Source: a virus (Duplodnaviria > Caudoviricetes). From it: a stretch of 53,641 bases of DNA. Positions 8,964 to 17,054 of the stretch are shown here, piece by piece; positions within the stretch are counted from its first letter, which is position 1; the number at the start of each line of letters is the position of its first letter. The stretch spans positions 1-53,641 of IMG/VR virus record IMGVR_UViG_3300025103_000001; one strand, written 5' to 3'. The position numbers and the translations under genes were made by a program. The notes under the pieces are model-generated. The model worked only from the letters and a program-made list of their open reading frames with translations, did not search any database and was not told the origin of the DNA.

Positions 8964-9922
8964 GCCACCAACCTTAATGCAGGAAGCATCTTATCATTCA
9001 AAGTCTTTCTAACTCTGTCGAGTCTATCCATCTTAACAGATGCAATATTCTTTTGTGATAATCTTCTTGAAGGAATAGAATGTGTTGCCCACTCAGTCAT
9101 AGAATTATATAAAGACCACGCTGTACTTCCTAGTTCTCCACGATTACAGTTCCAGTAGTACCATAGATCACCAAGCGTTTTGTTTCTCTTAACATCAGGT
9201 TTATTCAATATAATTTCATGGTCAAATCCACTTGCTATATGACTGTCAACTGTTTTAGCTTGAGCCAAATGAGCCATAATAGACATAGCATCAGTATTAT
9301 CTATGCTAGTATCAACCATCTCTTGCCATAAATCTGTTTCATCATTATAGAATCTAACAGACTCCGATAACTTATCAGCAATTTGATTTAAGTTTAGACC
9401 TTTAGTGTGTTTAGATTTGTGGATTCCAAAGTTATTAGCAAACACCTGCATATTTAAACAGATGAATCTTTTACCACCAACCTCAACTACAAACGACCAT
9501 GAACCATCAAAACTATTTCGTGCTGATATAGTTAATGCTACTTGATCTCCAGTACCTTCACCGATACTAACTGTATGAGCAGGTAAAGTATAGATACTGT
9601 ATGCTCTAGCACCATCATGTGAACAGGCTGTTTCTCTTTCAATACCTGTGACATCTAAATCTGATAGCTTAATAACATTCTCTGCTGTTTTAAATGCGTC
9701 AACATGATTGACAGGTTTATAGCCTTTACCAACCACACTCAATACTTTATTAGTATCTTCACGCACCAATGCAACATGAGAATTTATATCAGTAAAGTCT
9801 GTATAAGCACCATCAATTGGACTTATCCCATGTCTCAGACTAAGTAATGGTTCTCTGCGTACTGAAAAATCAGCACTACCATAATCGCCTAGATTTGCTA
9901 GGACTTCTGCTCTATTATTCAT
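8960..9922 (-). CDS. DUF932-family phage/plasmid protein
   Basis: ALVREDT..VL..VG..Y, NSFDGS, RFICLN and STAWSLYNSMTEW motifs. Confidence 0.8.
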   Translation of the reverse strand: MNNRAEVLANLGDYGSADFSVRREPLLSLRHGISPIDGAYTDFTDINSHVALVREDTNKVLSVVGKGYKPVNHVDAFKTAENVIKLSDLDVTGIERETACSHDGARAYSIYTLPAHTVSIGEGTGDQVALTISARNSFDGSWSFVVEVGGKRFICLNMQVFANNFGIHKSKHTKGLNLNQIADKLSESVRFYNDETDLWQEMVDTSIDNTDAMSIMAHLAQAKTVDSHIASGFDHEIILNKPDVKRNKTLGDLWYYWNCNRGELGSTAWSLYNSMTEWATHSIPSRRLSQKNIASVKMDRLDRVRKTLNDKMLPALRLVA

Positions 9923-10110
9923 AGATCCCCCTTGTTAATTAATTTAAAATTGTCCTTGTCTTTTATAAAACAAGCAACAGTTAAGTCCGTTCCGTTTTCT
10001 TTTCTAAAAACAAACTTCTTAACTGCGGTTGGTTTGGAACTATCTTCATATAGATCCCTTGTGTCAGAAGTAATAACTTCTTTGACATAGAATAGACTTA
10101 ATCCGTCCAT
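9919..10110 (-). CDS. Hypothetical early protein
   Basis: 63-aa ORF with GAGGG Shine-Dalgarno, preceded by pseudoknot copy 1. Confidence 0.65.
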   Translation of the reverse strand: MDGLSLFYVKEVITSDTRDLYEDSSKPTAVKKFVFRKENGTDLTVACFIKDKDNFKLINKGDL

Positions 10111-10131
10111 AATTATACCCTCTCTAATGGT

Positions 10132-10165
10132 AGCAATATTATAAAGGCAATCGCTGTGAGCCTAT
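10132..10165 (-). promoter_or_regulatory. H-type pseudoknot, copy 1
   Basis: S1 AUAGGC/GCCUUU; S2 AGCGAU/AUUGCU. Confidence 0.6.
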
Positions 10166-10174
10166 AGAAACTGT

Positions 10175-10600
10175 AGTAGTTAGTGGGCAGTTGGATTAAC
10201 ATTTAAGGATAGTTCATTAACTGCTAATTTCCCTATCAATCCTCGCACTAGCTACTGGTAGTTTTGTAGTTCCGAAGATAACTACCAACTCCTCCAACAG
10301 CAACATAACCATCGGTCTTTACCCTGTCTGTCTACAGCAGTATGTGCGCTTTTATAGTCATCTAACAACCCATACATCTCATTGTTAGGAAGACTTAAGG
10401 CTTTGATTGCTACGCCATCAATGATGGTAAATACTTCTACAATCACCTTATACTAGTTTGATTTGTTTACCCACAGCTTAAATTACTAGCAAAGTCTGTG
10501 CGCTTGTAAGGAACTGTTTATAACTCGTTTAGCACCTCATGGGTAGAGTGGCAGGAATGAATTTATGTTGGCTTCCTTTTCTTACCAAACCCTTACTATT
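10175..10600 (-). ncRNA. Candidate large structured non-coding RNA
   Basis: A gap of about 490 bp in an otherwise packed region, filled with consecutive long imperfect hairpins and loop-loop complementarity. Confidence 0.55.
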
Positions 10601-10605
10601 ATTGT

Positions 10606-11058
10606 TTAGCTGTTTTCTAAATATTCAGAAGCTATATCTGTTTTGATTTGTTCAAGATTCTCTGTAGCATCTTTAGGTAGTAAAGCAAAAGCTACTTTAC
10701 TAAAGACATCTTCATAGGCTGAGTGATAACCATTAAGATTAAGCTTAATAAGAGGCATAGTTGTTCGACTATTTCTATAGCTATAAGAATTATATTGCTC
10801 TAATTGAAAAGCCTTACTGCATATTTCTCTATTAAAAGAATCTATACTATGAGAAATCTCTTTAGTAAGATCATCTAAAAGATTTTGCGCTTCATCAACT
10901 TTATCTTTCAAGATTATAGCTCGTTGAACATTAGAATCAATACTTTTATATTCTATTGTTTCATATAGAATAGCTTTCGTATCTTCTGAACCACTAATTA
11001 TTTTAGTACAAATAGCGTCAACGATTGAATCTATTTCAAATTTTCTAAGCTGTGGCAT
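10606..11058 (-). CDS. Hypothetical early protein
   Basis: 150-aa ORF with a central helical or coiled segment. Confidence 0.7.
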   Translation of the reverse strand: MPQLRKFEIDSIVDAICTKIISGSEDTKAILYETIEYKSIDSNVQRAIILKDKVDEAQNLLDDLTKEISHSIDSFNREICSKAFQLEQYNSYSYRNSRTTMPLIKLNLNGYHSAYEDVFSKVAFALLPKDATENLEQIKTDIASEYLENS

Positions 11059-11059
11059 A

Positions 11060-11410
11060 TTACACCAACCTTGCAGGAATACGAATCATCTGCATAGTAG
11101 TGTTAGTATGACTTACAGGTGTGATTTGATATTCACCTTCGACATTGGTTCTTTTATACCATATGTCTCTGAGTGGATTATCATTTCGTCTATAAGCAAC
11201 CCATTTGCCAAAGTTAAAAGCGGTGTAAGTAGTACCTTTGTTGATACTATAACCTCTGCTCTTTTTAGCATTGCGCTTGATTTGATTAAAACCAACTGTA
11301 TTTCCGATTGCCCACAATGTTCTAACAAACAATGGTGCGGAAGCGATTGGTTTAGTTAAGTCTACATCATCTTTGATGTTTCCTTTCTTTGTATAAGTAA
11401 TTCTACTCAT
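11060..11410 (-). CDS. Hypothetical basic early protein
   Basis: 116-aa ORF preceded by pseudoknot copy 2. Confidence 0.7.
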   Translation of the reverse strand: MSRITYTKKGNIKDDVDLTKPIASAPLFVRTLWAIGNTVGFNQIKRNAKKSRGYSINKGTTYTAFNFGKWVAYRRNDNPLRDIWYKRTNVEGEYQITPVSHTNTTMQMIRIPARLV

Positions 11411-11433
11411 AGTTTTTCTCTCTCTTTAATTTT

Positions 11434-11469
11434 GAACAGTATATTAAAGGCAACTGTTCTTAAGCCTAT
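11434..11469 (-). promoter_or_regulatory. H-type pseudoknot, copy 2
   Basis: S1 AUAGGC/GCCUUU; S2 GAACAGU/ACUGUUC. Confidence 0.65.
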
Positions 11470-11673
11470 CGAAATTTTAACTAGGTGCAGTACCTTTAAC
11501 TCCGCTGTATCTGCCTTGTCTGTTATAGTATTTCAACTGAAGTACCTAGTTATTTTTTGCCCACCACCAACCCGATATAAAAAAGATACATCTTAGTTTT
11601 ATATCTCTACATATTCTTTAACTTAACATTAAAGGAAAATTTAAAATAATCATGTTTTCTTTGCCGTCCCGTA

Positions 11674-11702
11674 AGTATAGCAAATCCACCGAAAAAAGTC
11701 AA
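11674..11702 (-). promoter_or_regulatory. sigma70 early promoter
   Basis: TTGACT-17 bp-TATACT with TGn. Confidence 0.85.
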
Positions 11703-11789
11703 TGGGTTTAAAACTCTATACGAACAATATATAGTAATAAACCCAACATAACTTAAATAGTATTATTAATACTTTTTGCGCAGGTCTAC

Positions 11790-12002
11790 TTACCACGATC
11801 TTATAACCCATTCTGCACCGATATATTGTGTGTATCTAACAGTTAAAACTTTAGATCGTCTACCTTTTGTATAGATAGACATTTTATCTTCTTTGATAGA
11901 GAAGGATTGTTTATACCTAAACCCTTGTTTTCTAAGGGAATTTAATGCTTGTTGATAACTATTAAACAGTTGTTCGCTGTCTTGTTCTTTAACAGATCTC
12001 AT
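11790..12002 (-). CDS. Hypothetical early protein
   Basis: 70-aa ORF with ATGA overlap. Confidence 0.6.
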   Translation of the reverse strand: MRSVKEQDSEQLFNSYQQALNSLRKQGFRYKQSFSIKEDKMSIYTKGRRSKVLTVRYTQYIGAEWVIRSW

Positions 12003-12217
12003 GATGATTCCCCATAATTAATATCACAATTTTGACAGTAAGCTGTATAGATTGTGGTAGGAGTTATAAATTCGATAAGGTCTGAATCACATTCGCTACA
12101 TGATTGCGGTGTTTCAGCACCAAAATCTAAAGAGTTATCATTCTTTGCATAGCCTTCTTCATAAGTCTTACCATTTTTTGAAATGTGTATATGTCCACCG
12201 ACAATATCTATATCCAC
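11999..12217 (-). CDS. Small Zn-ribbon protein
   Basis: CSEC...CQNC. Confidence 0.6.
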   Translation of the reverse strand: MDIDIVGGHIHISKNGKTYEEGYAKNDNSLDFGAETPQSCSECDSDLIEFITPTTIYTAYCQNCDINYGESS

Positions 12218-12426
12218 TATTTTACCTCTGCAATTAAGTCATCTTTCATAGTTATTTTAGCAAAAAATTCTCTACCACCGCCTAATAGATGTGGTATTCT
12301 TGCTCCTACAAATGAACCTGTTGATTTATATTCAGCACCAAAGACTGAAGTTTCTAAAAATTGTAAAGGTTTACCAATACATTTTTTAAGTTCTTTTTTA
12401 CTAGCGTAGCCTGTTAATAACATCAT
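12217..12426 (-). CDS. Hypothetical early protein
   Basis: GAGG Shine-Dalgarno directly below a promoter. YASKKELK...ETSVFGAEY...REFFA resembles a small family seen in phages. Confidence 0.75.
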   Translation of the reverse strand: MMLLTGYASKKELKKCIGKPLQFLETSVFGAEYKSTGSFVGARIPHLLGGGREFFAKITMKDDLIAEVK

Positions 12427-12481
12427 AATATTTCCTCGTTTGTTAAGTTTTTATGGTTCGGTTTGTTGCCGAAGCCTCACA

Positions 12482-12510
12482 AGTCTAACCGCTCGGTCAA
12501 AAAAAGTCAA
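12482..12510 (-). promoter_or_regulatory. sigma70 early promoter
   Basis: TTGACT-17 bp-TAGACT. Confidence 0.8.
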
Positions 12511-12662
12511 GGGGTTTAAAACTTAGTAAGAACAATATATACAAAAAAGATCAGTCCAACTCTAATAGATGTATATATACATTTTGCGCAACCTCTTAAA
12601 AGATTATTTAACTATGTAGGTTTGTATCTATACTTTTTACATATTCTTTTTGGTTATATACC

Positions 12663-12714
12663 TGTGGATAAACTGTTTATAAGTCTGTATAAGCTGTGAA
12701 TATACTGTGAATAT
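12663..12714. repeat. Array of five DnaA-box-like 9-mers
   Basis: TGTGGATAA (perfect), TGTTTATAA, TCTGTATAA, TGTGAATAT and TGTGAATAT, starting at 12663, 12674, 12684, 12695 and 12706. Confidence 0.65.
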
Positions 12715-12928
12715 AACTTATAGTTATATAGAGATGCCCTCAATAATACGCGCCATCTTTTGAAAATTTGAGATTCTAAATTGACAGCTCAAGTTCGAGT
12801 CTTCGAGTTTTAAATAGTCTATCAATTTCGAATCTAAATTTTTGGGGGGTTTTCAAAGCCTGCTAAATAAAATTGAAGCGCTTCTTAGCGCATAATTTGA
12901 GGGTGGTTGACGAAGAGATCTGTAGCAT

Positions 12929-12963
12929 AAGAGAAGGGGAGAATCTCAATGTCATCCCCCCTA
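12929..12963 (-). terminator. Putative intrinsic terminator
   Basis: GGGGGGAT...ATTCTCCCC followed by TTCTCTT, just after the stop at 12979. Confidence 0.5.
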
Positions 12964-12978
12964 ACTCGGTGATCCTAT

Positions 12979-13257
12979 CTAGTTCTGGTCTTGTTGAGCC
13001 ACATAGTCTTGGATCGAATTGCGATACTTAGCCGGTAAAGTCTTCTTAGAGAATAGCGTATGAGCTTGGCTGTAAGTTAGTCTGCCTTCTTTTTTCTCAT
13101 TATAGAGACAGCCTTGTATCTGTTTAGCTTCTCGGTAGTTAGTGTTGCCGTTTGTCTTGCTTGCAAATTTGAAACTCAATCCTCTGATTTGATTCCAAGT
13201 TGCCGGACCTTTACGGGTTGCTTCGGGTACTTTTTTGATGTCGAATGTTGTAGCCAT
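12979..13257 (-). CDS. Isolated basic early protein, 92 aa
   Basis: Start moved to MATTFDIKK; the upstream extension in the ORF track looks non-coding. Confidence 0.65.
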   Translation of the reverse strand: MATTFDIKKVPEATRKGPATWNQIRGLSFKFASKTNGNTNYREAKQIQGCLYNEKKEGRLTYSQAHTLFSKKTLPAKYRNSIQDYVAQQDQN

Positions 13258-13899
13258 GTGTTTTCTGCCTTTATTTGTTAAGTTTATGAGTTTGGAAGAT
13301 TTTTCCGCTCTCACCCTAAGGGGAGTGGGAAAATCTTTGGCTTTCTTCTCATAAACCTGAATAAAGGAACACATGTATAGCGACACCATATCGACATAAG
13401 TAGCCGAAGTGAGCTGTAAAGGTCCTTCTTGGCAACTTAGGAGTCTAAGCAGATTGGTTGAGTTTATATAAATTTGCAGGCAAAGCAAACGGTGAGACTA
13501 AATGCCGTTAGAAGATGCAATAGATACAAGGCTACCTAGTATATGAGGAAATAAGATGTAGACTAACGAACCTTTACAAGCTTATGCGCTATTCTCTTAG
13601 AAGTACTAAGCGGTTAAGTGTTGTGATTCGATCTGTAGTCTATTGAGCTTGACAAGTCTCGACTAGAATAGGGCATTGTGGGAGGGGGGTTATATTTATA
13701 GAGATTCTCCACTTGTCAGACGCGGAAGATCTTGTAGTCAACCACCCCATGCAGGATGCCATACCCCCCACCTACCGTATATATGTAGTGCTTGAATGTA
13801 ATTATGAAAATAAGGTGTAAACCAGTTTCCCCGAACTTAATAGACTAATAGACCACCATGACTGGTAGGCACTATCAACCTTGGGGGGGGACAAGGTTC

Positions 13900-13928
13900 A
13901 TTGTACAGTCAATAATCAATTCTGTCAA
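13900..13928 (-). promoter_or_regulatory. Leftward sigma70 promoter
   Basis: TTGACA-17 bp-TACAAT. Confidence 0.7.
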
Positions 13929-13943
13929 TAGTTAATTTATTAC

Positions 13944-13971
13944 TTGACAAAACAACAGATAGCTGTAAACT
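13944..13971 (+). promoter_or_regulatory. Rightward sigma70 promoter for the packaging/structural arm
   Basis: TTGACA-16 bp-TAAACT, ending 6 nt before the ATG at 13978. Confidence 0.7.
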
Positions 13972-13977
13972 AGATCT

Positions 13978-14403
13978 ATGACTGGTTTACTAAACTCCCT
14001 CAACAAAAAGAAAGAATTAACTCCTAAACAACAGAGTTTCTTAGATAATCTAGTAACTACTGGAGGAGATTCAAGGAAGTCTGCTGAGTTAGCAGGCTAT
14101 GCAGGCAATCATTATCAAGTCTTAAAAGCTTTAAAAGATGAAGTATTAGACCTTACAACGAATGTTCTTGCGCAAGCTGCGCCACAAGCAGCCTTTAAAC
14201 TATTAGATATAATGAATGCTGATGCGCCTATTCCGCAAGCAACAAATAAATTACAAGCAGCGCAAACAATATTAGATCGTGTAGGTATTGCCAAGACTGA
14301 AAAGTTAGACATTAACCATAAAGTAGCAGGCGGGATATTTATCATGCCAGAGAAAGAAGCAATAGTTATAGATGCAGAGGTAGTAGATGTCGAATCAGAA
14401 TAG
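13978..14403 (+). CDS. terS: Terminase small subunit (putative)
   Basis: LTPKQQSFLD...SAELAGY helix-turn-helix and AAQTILDRVG; first gene of the late arm. Confidence 0.75.
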   Translation: MTGLLNSLNKKKELTPKQQSFLDNLVTTGGDSRKSAELAGYAGNHYQVLKALKDEVLDLTTNVLAQAAPQAAFKLLDIMNADAPIPQATNKLQAAQTILDRVGIAKTEKLDINHKVAGGIFIMPEKEAIVIDAEVVDVESE

Positions 14404-14566
14404 TGAAGAGTTTCTAAGTTATTGTATGAGACTATATGATTCCAACTGCCATGAGAGAAAAGAACATGGACAAGAACCTTTTGAAACTTTTGAAGATTAC
14501 TATAATACATACACAAGGTGGTTAAAAAATAAATATGCTGAACTGGAAACATCTACAAGAAGTTGA
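14387..14566 (+). CDS. Small hypothetical protein, 59 aa (not in ORF track)
   Basis: MSNQNSEEFLSYCMRLYDSNCHERKEHGQEPF...; GAGG Shine-Dalgarno; fills the gap. Confidence 0.65.
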   Translation: MSNQNSEEFLSYCMRLYDSNCHERKEHGQEPFETFEDYYNTYTRWLKNKYAELETSTRS

Positions 14567-14786
14567 TGAGACTTACTTTGAGCATATGGCTTATGCTTTT
14601 AAAATAATCTATAAGTTTATAAGACTCATAGGTTGTATGACTACCCACGCTATCTTTCCTTTTATATTCTGTAATGCTCTAGAGCCTACAATGCGTAAAG
14701 TACAACAACAAACAAACGAAAGAAAGATAACTAAGATTGAACATTGTGATTCTTGTGGTAGAAGACCTTGTATTTGTTTTGACTGA
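14535..14786 (+). CDS. DUF6356-like small protein with Cys-rich tail
   Basis: HL..V.ETYFEH and HAIFPF motifs; tail CDSCGRRPCIC. Confidence 0.6.
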   Translation: MLNWKHLQEVDETYFEHMAYAFKIIYKFIRLIGCMTTHAIFPFIFCNALEPTMRKVQQQTNERKITKIEHCDSCGRRPCICFD

Positions 14787-14788
14787 TA

Positions 14789-14989
14789 ATGCCAACCAAA
14801 TTTAAACCTAACGAAAAGAAATATAACAGGCATACAGGTAAAGTCACAACAGCACGTTATTATATGAAAGCAATGCCCAAGAAAGAATTAATAGATTACT
14901 TAAACGGGAGCAACTCTACTTCTAAGAAAAAGCATAAAGTCTTAAAAGAACTAGAACGTAGAGGAATTAAACTGGTATGGAAACAATGA
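14789..14989 (+). CDS. Small basic hypothetical protein
   Basis: 66-aa ORF ending KVLKELERRG. Confidence 0.65.
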   Translation: MPTKFKPNEKKYNRHTGKVTTARYYMKAMPKKELIDYLNGSNSTSKKKHKVLKELERRGIKLVWKQ

Positions 14990-15138
14990 CAAAGATTTGG
15001 CGAAAAAAAGAATGGGAAAGTCTAGTCATACAACGTGATCCTACAACAAGAATCAATCAAGGTTTAATAAATTACTTAAACGAACAAGAACAAATAAATA
15101 AAAAAATAATGGCAAATAAAAATGTTAAGCGCTCCTGA
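14986..15138 (+). CDS. Small hypothetical protein, 50 aa (not in ORF track)
   Basis: MTKIWRKKEWESL...NVKRS*; ATGA overlap. Confidence 0.5.
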   Translation: MTKIWRKKEWESLVIQRDPTTRINQGLINYLNEQEQINKKIMANKNVKRS

Positions 15139-15415
15139 AGGATATATACGTAGAAAAAGTTCTACTATTCCTTTTGGTTATGAAGTAGACGAAGAAACCA
15201 AAGGATTTTTAAAACCTGTAGATATTCAAATAAAAGCTTTAGATACTATAACAGAACTGGTACATAATAAATCTATTAGTCTAGCAGAAGGAACAGAGCT
15301 TTTAGAATTTCAAACAAACAGAACCCTATCTCGTATGGGATTAAAGAAACTTGTAGATAAAAAATATGAAGAACGATTGGGAAATAAATCCAAATCTTTA
15401 CTTGACAGATCCTGA
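15122..15415 (+). CDS. Small putative DNA-binding protein (PFGY plus HTH-like)
   Basis: TIPFGY and SLAE...LSRMGLKK; overlaps the TerL start. Confidence 0.7.
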   Translation: MLSAPEGYIRRKSSTIPFGYEVDEETKGFLKPVDIQIKALDTITELVHNKSISLAEGTELLEFQTNRTLSRMGLKKLVDKKYEERLGNKSKSLLDRS

Positions 15416-17051
15416 AGGAAGCTTTATACTAAAGAAAGACGGAACTCCAAGAAAGAAAGTAGGAAGACCAAAAGGAAGCAAAAGTAATTATGCTTTTCAC
15501 AGTTCTACAAAAGCTAAACAACAAGCTACAAGATCGTTAAAGAATAAACAAAAGACGATTAAAAAATTAGAGACTAAGCTTAGTAATAAAAAAGAACACT
15601 TAAAAAGAACTGAAGAAACATTAAAGAAAGTTAGTGGATTAGATAATAGTAGTATTGTTTCAGAAAAAGATTTAACAACACTTCCTAATATTATACAGAA
15701 GCACATAGATGAAACAGGTGATTCTATTTCTTTCATGGCTAATGAAGGTCCACAAACAGATTTCTTAGCAGCAGGTGAAAAGGATGTACTCTACGGAGGT
15801 GCTGCAGGTGGTGGAAAAAGTTTTGCCATGTTAATAGATCCTTTAAGGTATTGTCATGTTAAAGAACACAGAGCTTTAATTTTAAGAAGAACAATGCCGG
15901 AACTACGAGAGCTTATTGATAAAGCTCGTGAGATTTATCCTAAAGCCTTTAAAGGTGCTAGGTTTAAAGAAGTAGAAAAAGTATGGTACTTTCCAAGTGG
16001 AGCAAAGATAGAGTTTGGATTTTTAGAAAAAGATGCAGATGTATATCGTTATCAAGGACAAGCATACAGTTGGATAGGCTTTGATGAGATTACACATTTA
16101 CCGACAGAGTTTGGTTGGAATTATTTAGCATCAAGATTAAGAACTACAAATCCTGCTATAAAAACATATTTAAGATGTACGGCTAATCCGGGTGGAGTAG
16201 GCGCACACTGGGTAAAGAAAAGATACGTAGAGCCTACTGAACCTAATAAAAGTTTTGAAGGTTCTGATGGTTTAACAAGAAAGTTTATACCTGCTAGGTT
16301 AGTGGATAATCCATACTTAGCACAAGATGGTGAATATGAGCGAATGCTTATGTCATTACCTCCCATTCAAAGAAGACAACTGTTAGAAGGGAATTGGGAA
16401 GTGAACGAAGGTGCAGCCTTTGTCGAATTTAATTCGGACCACCATATTATTCCTCCCTTTCAGATTCCGATCCATTGGGAAAGAGTAAAAGGAATTGATT
16501 ACGGATATGCAGCCGAGAGCTGTTGCCTTTGGGCAGCCGTTGATCCTCAGGACAAGACCATCATTATATATAAAGAATTATACAAAAAAGGTCTTACGGG
16601 GGAGGCTCTCGGTCAGACATTAACAGAAATGGAAATGACTGAAGCTAGATCTATTATGGGAGTATTAGATACCGCTGCGTGGGCAAGAACAGGTTATACA
16701 GGTCCTACAATAGGTGAAATGTTATTAAAGGCAGGACACAAGCTTAGACGAGCAGATAAGAATAGAGTAGCAGGTAAAGTACAAATACATGAACATTTAA
16801 AACGTAGGAATCAAACAGGCAGACCTAGATTACAAATATTTAATACTTGCGTTAATGTTATAAAAGAACTTCAAGGGATTCCTCTTTCTAAAAAGAATCC
16901 TGAGGATGTTGATACAAACGCACCCGACCATGCTTATGATGCATTAAGGTACTTAATAATGAGTAGACCAAGATTAGAAGATCCGTTTGACTCATTCTTA
17001 CGAATTAAAAGACAAGCATATAACCCTTCTGATACAGAATTTGGATATTAA
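15366..17051 (+). CDS. terL: Terminase large subunit
   Basis: Walker A GGAAGGGKS, Walker B IGFDE, TANPGG, nuclease motifs GIDYG and DHAYDALRY. Confidence 0.97.
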   Translation: MKNDWEINPNLYLTDPEGSFILKKDGTPRKKVGRPKGSKSNYAFHSSTKAKQQATRSLKNKQKTIKKLETKLSNKKEHLKRTEETLKKVSGLDNSSIVSEKDLTTLPNIIQKHIDETGDSISFMANEGPQTDFLAAGEKDVLYGGAAGGGKSFAMLIDPLRYCHVKEHRALILRRTMPELRELIDKAREIYPKAFKGARFKEVEKVWYFPSGAKIEFGFLEKDADVYRYQGQAYSWIGFDEITHLPTEFGWNYLASRLRTTNPAIKTYLRCTANPGGVGAHWVKKRYVEPTEPNKSFEGSDGLTRKFIPARLVDNPYLAQDGEYERMLMSLPPIQRRQLLEGNWEVNEGAAFVEFNSDHHIIPPFQIPIHWERVKGIDYGYAAESCCLWAAVDPQDKTIIIYKELYKKGLTGEALGQTLTEMEMTEARSIMGVLDTAAWARTGYTGPTIGEMLLKAGHKLRRADKNRVAGKVQIHEHLKRRNQTGRPRLQIFNTCVNVIKELQGIPLSKKNPEDVDTNAPDHAYDALRYLIMSRPRLEDPFDSFLRIKRQAYNPSDTEFGY

Positions 17052-17054
17052 TAA

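Noticed and set aside
10283-10447. 54-codon GTG ORF inside the structured region
   Set aside because: No properly spaced Shine-Dalgarno, an odd WLCCCWRSW ending, and it runs through the stems. RNA structure explains the region better, although the ORF is not excluded.
10175-10600. Group I intron, tmRNA, RNase P or tRNA identity for the structured region
   Set aside because: A GACUA word is present but has no matching P7 partner and no interrupted gene. I found no T-arm/CCA end and no RNase P signature. I found no tRNA anywhere by eye.
12661-12720. CRISPR or mini-array reading of the short repeats
   Set aside because: Units are 9-11 bp with no spacers. No repeat-spacer array or cas operon was seen in the window.
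13034-13050. 17-bp exact match GGTAAAGTCTTCTTAGA, also at 45433-45449 (possible antisense link)
   Set aside because: A single 17-mer match is plausible by chance in an AT-rich 54-kb genome, and the flanks do not extend.
15122-15415. Serine recombinase or integrase suggested by PFGY
   Set aside because: Only 97 aa, with no catalytic domain and no att or repressor context.
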